Shown in pieces: positions 58,032 to 64,000 of a stretch of DNA of 64,000 nucleotides (its first letter is position 1; every line of letters starts with the position of its first letter). The position numbers and the translations under genes are program-made. The stretch covers positions 327,564 to 391,563 of the forward strand of contig CAWDNU010000003.1 in the NCBI GenBank assembly GCA_963803705.1, written 5' to 3'. The notes under the pieces were generated by a model that was given only the letters and a program-made list of their open reading frames with translations, searched no databases and was not told the DNA's origin. The DNA is from an uncultured Pseudobdellovibrionaceae bacterium. Lineage in GTDB: Bacteria > Bdellovibrionota > Bdellovibrionia > Bdellovibrionales > UBA1609.

Positions 58032-59143
58032 GGAGTTTCCAGATCAGCATTTCTCAATTTAAGAACATATACATTGCCATAATTTGAATTGAAATAAACC
58101 TCGGCCTTCTTAGGATTCCACACAGGTGAGTCAGAGACGCCGGCTGAAGTCACATATTTTATTTTTTTTGAAGTTTTTAAGTTTAGAATTTCAATCCCAC
58201 CATTAGATAGGCCATAAAGCAGATTGTTTTCGTTGATCTTTTCGATTTGTCCAGCAGTTCCCTTTATTTTGAAAGACTCAGTTTGGGCGCCGGTAGATGG
58301 CAAAATGCATTTAATAAAATTGCCGGAAGTACCAAAACATATATTCTTATCTTTCGAGTGCACGAAATTGGTGACAACAGAAAACTTTCTTTTCCATTTA
58401 AGAGCCCCACTCATAGCTTCTAAGCTATAGATATTGTCGTCGTATCCCGCTACAAGTAACTTATCTGTATCGTACAATGTCACGGCTTCAATATCCCTAA
58501 ACCTTGTATTGAAGTTTACGCGACGAATCCATCTGACCTTGCCATTGGATTTTTCAAGAGCCACGACTTCGCCGGTTGAAAGACCAGATATAATTAGCTT
58601 GCCTAAAGACACAAAGTTTCCAACCGAGCCCACAGAAATTTTTCTTTGGTTTTTCCTGATATAATTCCAGACCATGTCCCCAGATGAAGCCTCTAGTGAG
58701 ATAATTTCAGAATTCTTAGTATAAAGATAAATTCGTCCGTTTTCATAAAATAGACTTTGCGTCGATGGATAAGTTACTGATTTCTTCCATAAGACTTGGC
58801 CTGTATCTGCAGTTACAGAATAAGCATAGCCATCGTAGCCAGTAAAAAACAAATAATTCGAAACGATAAGTAGAGGGCTTGAGACCCCGCCATCAATCTT
58901 AAGGCTCCAATTTTTTGTTCCCCACCTTTTGTTAAAGGTGCGAACTCCGTCTATCCCATTTGCAGTGATAATCAACGAGCGATGGTAAATCGGCGAAATG
59001 GGTAAGCTTAAATGTTCGCCGCTGTAGCTTTCAGGCTCGGCGCTTCTTACCCAAATTCTGTTTAATTCTGGATCTTTCGGGGCGTGCCCACAAGAAGAAA
59101 GAATTATATTAATAGATAAATAAAGGATAAGCTTTTTGATAAT
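58028..59143 (-). CDS. bamB: outer membrane protein assembly factor BamB (PQQ-like beta-propeller lipoprotein); start extended upstream to a non-canonical codon
   Basis: Propeller repeats include GQVLWKKSV, GDMVWNY, GKVRWIRRV and GALKWKRKF. An in-frame upstream extension encodes IIKKLILYLSINIILSSCGH (signal peptide plus lipobox LSSC). The only start options are ATT 59143, ATC 59140 or ATA 59146. It follows the yfgM-like gene, as in E. coli. Confidence 0.7.
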   Translation of the reverse strand: MIKKLILYLSINIILSSCGHAPKDPELNRIWVRSAEPESYSGEHLSLPISPIYHRSLIITANGIDGVRTFNKRWGTKNWSLKIDGGVSSPLLIVSNYLFFTGYDGYAYSVTADTGQVLWKKSVTYPSTQSLFYENGRIYLYTKNSEIISLEASSGDMVWNYIRKNQRKISVGSVGNFVSLGKLIISGLSTGEVVALEKSNGKVRWIRRVNFNTRFRDIEAVTLYDTDKLLVAGYDDNIYSLEAMSGALKWKRKFSVVTNFVHSKDKNICFGTSGNFIKCILPSTGAQTESFKIKGTAGQIEKINENNLLYGLSNGGIEILNLKTSKKIKYVTSAGVSDSPVWNPKKAEVYFNSNYGNVYVLKLRNADLETP

Positions 59144-59916
59144 TATTGATCCCTATTCTTTTTAAAAGTTAACCATCTTATGATTTTTTTGGATTCTTCT
59201 ACAGTTTTACGTTCGTCGGGATGCTCTCGTTGGATTGTTTTTAGGTTTTCAATGGCCTCTTGAACTTTATCTGTTTCGATCAATGCTAAACTCATTTGAA
59301 ACCTGGCTTCAGGATGAAGGAATTTCCAATTCGAAGTTGCTAAAATAGATTTGTACAATGTGATGGCCTTTTCCATATCCCCTGTCTGAACGCTTGAAGA
59401 TGCTTTAGATAAAGACGCTAAACCATCTAAGCTATTAGACTTTTTTAAATTTAATGAAAGCAAAGTTTCATTGGCTTCCTTAAACTTGTCTACAGAGAAT
59501 AAATAACTTGCCCACTTTAAAGCCAGATTTCTTGAGGCGCCGTGACTGGGATTAGCATTAAGAAAAGCCTTCACTTCACTGTCTACGTCGTTGAAAGCTA
59601 TAGAGTCAGTCTCTGGTGTCTTTTTAGTTTGAACGTCATTGCTTGTGTCGGTTTCAGCTATGGTAAATTTATCAATTTTTTGCTCGATTTTGTAGGCTGA
59701 GTCAAATTTTTTGAAAGCCATTTTCTTAGAATAAAGACTGAAGCTAAAATATGCGGCACACCCAATTAGTAATCCAACAAAACCAAAAATAAACATCATG
59801 GAGTTTTTCTCAATAAATTCTGAAATTTTATCGATCTTTTGGTCTAGGGTTTCGTCCGGGATATTAGGCGTAGATGAATCTGAGTTTTTTATTTTGGTGG
59901 TCGTCATTTTAGACAT
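59143..59916 (-). CDS. YfgM-like membrane-anchored TPR protein
   Basis: It has an N-terminal TM (FIFGFVGLLIGCAAYFSFSL), a TPR-like C-terminus, and the conserved position upstream of bamB. Confidence 0.5.
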   Translation of the reverse strand: MSKMTTTKIKNSDSSTPNIPDETLDQKIDKISEFIEKNSMMFIFGFVGLLIGCAAYFSFSLYSKKMAFKKFDSAYKIEQKIDKFTIAETDTSNDVQTKKTPETDSIAFNDVDSEVKAFLNANPSHGASRNLALKWASYLFSVDKFKEANETLLSLNLKKSNSLDGLASLSKASSSVQTGDMEKAITLYKSILATSNWKFLHPEARFQMSLALIETDKVQEAIENLKTIQREHPDERKTVEESKKIIRWLTFKKNRDQ

Positions 59917-59999
59917 ACTTATCCTTTAATATAAAAATGTAATTCAAGTTCTAGAATTTTAACAAACAATAAGCTTAGCTAAGTTCGCGTGCATTAAAA

Positions 60000-61118
60000 T
60001 TAACCTTTACGAGCCATCATTTCTTTTAGTGTAGAAAAATGTCTATTGTTGGGTCCTTGAAACCTATGTTTGAGGGCTCCGATAGTTTGAATTCTATCTA
60101 CTGCAAGCTTTGTAGCGGCAGCTGTAGTAGAAATTTGTTCTTTTTTAGCAATAGCAAATACATTCATCATATTATCATAAACCGCCTCGACTTTTTCAAA
60201 AGCCCTGTCCTTAGAATAGCCTTCCAATTCCACATAGACATTCATAAGTCCACCAGCATTGGCTACAAAGTCAGGCGCATACAAAATATCTTTCTGGGTG
60301 AGTTGCTCGCCGTGATTCGAATTTGCTAAAATGTTATTGGCACCACCGGAGACTATATCGCACTTTAAATTGTTAATTGTACTATCATTTATCACGGCTC
60401 CTAAAGCACAAGGTGCGAAAACGTCACACTTAGTGGTTACTATAGCCTGTGGATCCATATTTTCAACTTTGTAGGTTTCACAGATTGATTTTACCTTAGC
60501 TTGATCGATATCAGCTACGGTAACTTGGGCCTTTGCTTCTACTAAATATTTTACTAGGTTTCTACCGACATTACCTAGGCCTTGAACAGCTACGTGAACG
60601 CCTTCTAAAGAGTCTTTATTCATCTTATGTTTTACTGAAGCTTTAATAGACATTAAAACCCCGTAAGCTGTATAGGGGCTGGGATCACCGGATCCACCTA
60701 ATGCTTCTGGAATACCAGTAACATATGGAGTTTCAGAAAAAACATACTCCATGTCTTTGACCGTGGTTCCAACGTCTTCTGCTGTGATATAGGATCCTCC
60801 GAGAGAATTAACAAAGGCACCAAAAGCCCTAAACAAACCCTCGCTCTTATCTTTTTTAGGATCACCGATTATTACAGCCTTACCACCACCAAGGTTTAAG
60901 CCTGCTGCAGAGGCCTTATAAGTCATACCAGCAGAAAGTCTAAGAACATCAACTAACGCATCTTGATCGCTTTCGTAGGGCCACATGCGAGTTCCGCCCA
61001 AGGCTGGACCTAAGGTTGTATTATGAATAGCGATAATAGCTTTTAAACCAACATCTTTATTTGTACAAAAAACGACTTTTTCATGGTTACCGTTAGCTTC
61101 AATCAATTCAAATGACAT
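60000..61118 (-). CDS. Leu/Val/Phe dehydrogenase (Glu/Leu/Phe/Val dehydrogenase family)
   Basis: Motifs are IAIHNTTLGPALGGTRMWPY, GLNLGGGKAVI and the Rossmann motif AVQGLGNVGRNL. The start was moved to the ATG at 61118 (RBS ggggga), because the 38 aa upstream in the ORF track look non-coding. Confidence 0.9.
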   Translation of the reverse strand: MSFELIEANGNHEKVVFCTNKDVGLKAIIAIHNTTLGPALGGTRMWPYESDQDALVDVLRLSAGMTYKASAAGLNLGGGKAVIIGDPKKDKSEGLFRAFGAFVNSLGGSYITAEDVGTTVKDMEYVFSETPYVTGIPEALGGSGDPSPYTAYGVLMSIKASVKHKMNKDSLEGVHVAVQGLGNVGRNLVKYLVEAKAQVTVADIDQAKVKSICETYKVENMDPQAIVTTKCDVFAPCALGAVINDSTINNLKCDIVSGGANNILANSNHGEQLTQKDILYAPDFVANAGGLMNVYVELEGYSKDRAFEKVEAVYDNMMNVFAIAKKEQISTTAAATKLAVDRIQTIGALKHRFQGPNNRHFSTLKEMMARKG

Positions 61119-61311
61119 ATTTATATCCCCCACATTCAAAACAATAATTTGTACGTAAACTCCAAAAGATGCAAGAAGCGACCTCTCTGTAGGTCTAAAA
61201 TTTATCTGATAAGTAATTAATTTGACATACAAATGTCGTTTAAGCTCAAAAATAAAACAATATAGGCTTATAATTTAAAGATTAGCTAAAAGTGTACCGA
61301 AAAGATACTAA

Positions 61312-62985
61312 ATGAGAGCAGCAAAATATCTAAATTTACTTTTTTTTTGTTTGGCAGCTTGTCTCATAACGGGACAAAAGGTTCAAGCTCTTAACAGCTG
61401 GCCCGTTGAAAGCTTATCTCTTATTAGAAATTCAAATTATGGGGTTGGCTGTACCCAGTGCACTCAGGGATTTAGTAAAGCTTATTGCTCTCAAGCGTGC
61501 TGTTATTCATGCCGAAGCGAGGCTGAAGATCAGGATTTGGACATTGCTGCCTCTTGTAATGCGGTTTGCAATTTGGATGAGCCCTCAAATGCCAGTGATT
61601 TAGATATGGTGGAAACCTGCAGAAACTCTAATTTTTCGGCGTCAGGTTGTGAAGGTCTGATGCCTTTTGTTGACGGTGGGAACCAAGAGCAAATCAATCG
61701 AGATTTTGAGCGCAGAGTACAATCTTGCAATGAGGCTGTGGCCTACGTGAAAAGTTATTGTTCTCGGAACCACTTAAATTCAATTTATCCCGTAGGTTTA
61801 TTTGAATTGGCGAAAGACATTACAGAAAGTGAAACCTCTTGTGATTTACAAAGTGTGGATAAGTATAATTTGCGAGATCAAATATCTGATCCCAAAAAAA
61901 AAATTGCTTTATGTGAATCAAATTATAATGATTGCAAAACATTTTGCTACGAACAAAACGCAGTTTTTAACTTAGATCCAAAATATAAACGAGGTGGTGT
62001 TAGTCGAGGAGCTCAAACAAATATCGACGGTCACAAGAGCTATGAAAGCACTTGTAAGCCATCCTACGCTTCATTCCTAGAGCAAGTTAAAATTAGGCAA
62101 GAAGTAATTGGTGATGCTAATTCCACAGTTCAACACTGTCAGTCTGAAGCCGAATTTGAAGACATGGCTTCAGACGAAGACCTTTTAAATGAAGAAGCTG
62201 CACCTAAAACAAAAGTGGATAATACAAGAGCTGTAAATAATCCTGAAGTAGCTTTGAACAATGCCAATCAACTACTTTCTGCTATTCAACCTTTTCTTCC
62301 ATCATCAAGTAATAGCGCTAGCACAAGATCTGAGGTCGCAAGAAATATCAGTCCGGCGGTTAGAGCATCTAGTTTATCTGATGAAGAAAAGTACGGACCT
62401 ATTTACGAGGGCGGTAATACCGGAGATGCTGACGACTCAGACTTTATTTTAAGTGACAATCAGTTTGACCAACCAAGAAGCTTGCAGCAACCGGGTCCAC
62501 AGCAAACAGGTAGAGCAAACGGAGGTCCCCAAGCCTTAGGTGGTGGTAATTTAGCTGGTGGAGGTCAAAGAGGAAGGGGCGCCTCAGCAGGAGGTCGCAG
62601 AGGACGAAAGTTGCAAAAAGATAAGTCGCTTTTCGGTAAAAAAGCTGATTCCACTGCGAATAACTATGACCAATGGCAACAGCAAGCAACAGGGTCTTCT
62701 AAAGGCTTAAGTAAAAATGAAAAAAAAGCACAGAAGCCAATATTCAATGCTTCTAAATACCACAATCAAATTTTAGCATCTTACAAAAAAGGTATGAGCT
62801 CTCAACGTCAGAAAAGAGCCGAAAGGTTAGCTGCAGGTAGCGTTTCACCTAAGCCAGATCGAGAGTACACATCTTGGCATAACGAGCACCATATTCACCC
62901 TGACTTTATTTCCTTGTTCATCCAGGCAAGAATTTGTCATTACACATTGTACTCGACTAATTTTTCAAGCAAGTGCGGCAAGTAA
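61312..62985 (+). CDS. secreted protein with Cys-rich N-terminal half and Gly/Arg/Gln-rich low-complexity C-terminal half
   Basis: The signal peptide is LLFFCLAACLITGQKVQA. Many Cys residues sit in CxxC-like spacing (CTQCTQGFSKAYCSQACCYSC). An RGG-like stretch is GGGQRGRGASAGGRRGRK. Confidence 0.45.
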   Translation: MRAAKYLNLLFFCLAACLITGQKVQALNSWPVESLSLIRNSNYGVGCTQCTQGFSKAYCSQACCYSCRSEAEDQDLDIAASCNAVCNLDEPSNASDLDMVETCRNSNFSASGCEGLMPFVDGGNQEQINRDFERRVQSCNEAVAYVKSYCSRNHLNSIYPVGLFELAKDITESETSCDLQSVDKYNLRDQISDPKKKIALCESNYNDCKTFCYEQNAVFNLDPKYKRGGVSRGAQTNIDGHKSYESTCKPSYASFLEQVKIRQEVIGDANSTVQHCQSEAEFEDMASDEDLLNEEAAPKTKVDNTRAVNNPEVALNNANQLLSAIQPFLPSSSNSASTRSEVARNISPAVRASSLSDEEKYGPIYEGGNTGDADDSDFILSDNQFDQPRSLQQPGPQQTGRANGGPQALGGGNLAGGGQRGRGASAGGRRGRKLQKDKSLFGKKADSTANNYDQWQQQATGSSKGLSKNEKKAQKPIFNASKYHNQILASYKKGMSSQRQKRAERLAAGSVSPKPDREYTSWHNEHHIHPDFISLFIQARICHYTLYSTNFSSKCGK

Positions 62986-63651
62986 GGCATCATAAATATT
63001 GGCCATCGCAGCATCCACATTCTGCTTGAAGCTGTGTGGCGTTTGCTGATTGGCAAGATCAGTGACTGCTCTTAATTCTACAAATGGAATCTTGTTGAAC
63101 TTGCAGGCTCGCGCTCCACCGGCACCTTCCCAAGCCACAACCAAAGCTTTAGTAGCTTTTCTAATCTCTTCAGCGCGAGTAAAATGGGTAATGTCCTCGT
63201 CGCCGCTAGCGATAATTCCGAGGTGTATATTGAAGTTTAAAAAATCATTGTGACTAATTTTTTTTATTAGTGTCTCGTCGCCAAAAAATTCTGGTGGTCT
63301 TCGCCTTAAAAACAAACTTTTATAGTCATGTTCTACGGTCTTGGAACCGATTACTACATCGAACATGGAAACTTTAGATGTTAGCGCGCCTGACGAACCT
63401 ACACAAAAAACACTACATAGGTCTGGCAAATAACTAATAAGATGCTGTGTCTGGACAGCAAACTGAGCCTTACCCTGCCCTCCAACTGCAAACACTATGC
63501 TTAGCTCTCTTATCAGCCAGGCATCTAACGCCCCCACCTGACACTTTGTAATCACATAGCCAAGCTGTTTAGCTTTTTGAATAAGCGCTTTTAGCTCGAT
63601 TTTTAAAGGGCAAATGGCTAAGTGTTTCATAGGCTTATGACCAAACCACAT
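62965..63651 (-). CDS. nucleoside phosphorylase-family protein (MTA/SAH nucleosidase or futalosine hydrolase-like)
   Basis: Motifs are VGGQGKAQFA, VGSSGAL, GIIASGDEDI and VVAWEGAGGARAC...RAVTD. The start may be the ATG at 63630. Confidence 0.65.
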   Translation of the reverse strand: MWFGHKPMKHLAICPLKIELKALIQKAKQLGYVITKCQVGALDAWLIRELSIVFAVGGQGKAQFAVQTQHLISYLPDLCSVFCVGSSGALTSKVSMFDVVIGSKTVEHDYKSLFLRRRPPEFFGDETLIKKISHNDFLNFNIHLGIIASGDEDITHFTRAEEIRKATKALVVAWEGAGGARACKFNKIPFVELRAVTDLANQQTPHSFKQNVDAAMANIYDALLAALA

Positions 63652-64000
63652 AAACTAATATAAAAATAAAGAATAAGAGGTTTAGACTTAAAGCAGTTTT
63701 AAGCAAGGTATTGGTCCGGTTTATTCTGCAATTAGATAATTTGATTTGGTCCAGCTCTGTCCTCATTTCGAAAGATGCAGATCTTTGAAAACTAAGCCGA
63801 TCTTCAATTTTTTTGTAAACTTGGTCCACTTTATTCTCTTTTTCGTAGGACAAAGATCGAACTAGGGGGTGAGCTTCGGGGTACTTTTCCATTATAGCTA
63901 AGCACCATTGCAAGGACCTATAGATATAAGCTGGCGCCCTACCCGACTTGGACTTAGTCCATCTTGTCCAGGAGGATGGATCAACTAAAAGCAATTTACA
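63635..64000 (-). CDS. HTH (XRE-like) domain protein with C-terminal TM anchor; 5' end runs off the window
   Basis: The frame stays open to the window edge (..CKLLLVDPSSWTRWTKSKSGRAPAYIYRSLQWCLAIMEKYPE resembles the C-terminal part of an XRE HTH). The C-terminal TM is LNLLFFIFILVYVVW. Confidence 0.35.
   Translation of the reverse strand, partial: CKLLLVDPSSWTRWTKSKSGRAPAYIYRSLQWCLAIMEKYPEAHPLVRSLSYEKENKVDQVYKKIEDRLSFQRSASFEMRTELDQIKLSNCRINRTNTLLKTALSLNLLFFIFILVYVVWS

Overview
This is an AT-rich, densely coding window from a Gram-negative (diderm) bacterium. Everything below comes from reading the sequence and the ORF translations; no database search or HMM was run. The gene content (Agl/Glt-like envelope motor, AgmX-type TonB-like protein, many lipoproteins and orphan secreted proteins) suggests a Bdellovibrio-and-like / Bacteriovoracia-type organism, but that is inference only.

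Layout:
- 1-9.3 kb: core metabolism and LPS genes. These are maeB (partial, missing from the ORF track), fadI-fadJ, and a manC / GT9 heptosyltransferase / DUF4254 operon.
- 9.8-20.8 kb: an 11-gene plus-strand operon. It encodes one TolQ/ExbB-like and two ExbD/TolR-like proteins, TPR proteins, an AgmX/PglI-type TonB-like protein, an OM beta-barrel, and lipoproteins including a VWA-type one. This resembles an Agl/Glt gliding or trans-envelope motor.
- 21.1-23.2 kb: a PP2C phosphatase, initiator tRNA-fMet, and an atypical kinase.
- 23.3-33.6 kb: the most unusual part of the window. It is a minus-strand gene train with two pilin-like proteins carrying class-III (G/FxxxE) signal peptides, one of them embedded inside a di-iron fatty-acid-hydroxylase ORF. 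It also has two HTTM/gamma-carboxylase-like polytopic membrane proteins, DUF547, a pentapeptide-repeat protein, a PQQ beta-propeller, a CxxC protein and a Cys-rich secreted protein. No pilus assembly genes are present.
- 33.9-42.9 kb: housekeeping genes. These are trhO, an ABC-2 exporter, and ffh-rpsP-khpA-rimM-trmD-(RNA MTase)-rplS-rnhB-yraN.
- 42.9-43.1 kb: a perfect 70-bp inverted repeat spanning the 3' ends of two convergent genes.
- 46.7-47.8 kb: an ORF-free 1.07-kb region with a Shine-Dalgarno-led mini-ORF, two plus-strand terminators and a strong sigma-54-type promoter match.
- 47.8-54.3 kb: an orphan secreted protein, a 1544-aa membrane protein and a lipoprotein.
- 54.5-64 kb: an LpxO-like hydroxylase, apt, yfgM-bamB, Leu/Val dehydrogenase, a Cys-rich secreted protein and a nucleosidase.

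Two conserved genes (bamB, rnhB) have essential N-terminal motifs in frame upstream of any ATG/GTG/TTG codon. This suggests ATT/ATA/ATC initiation or sequence errors.
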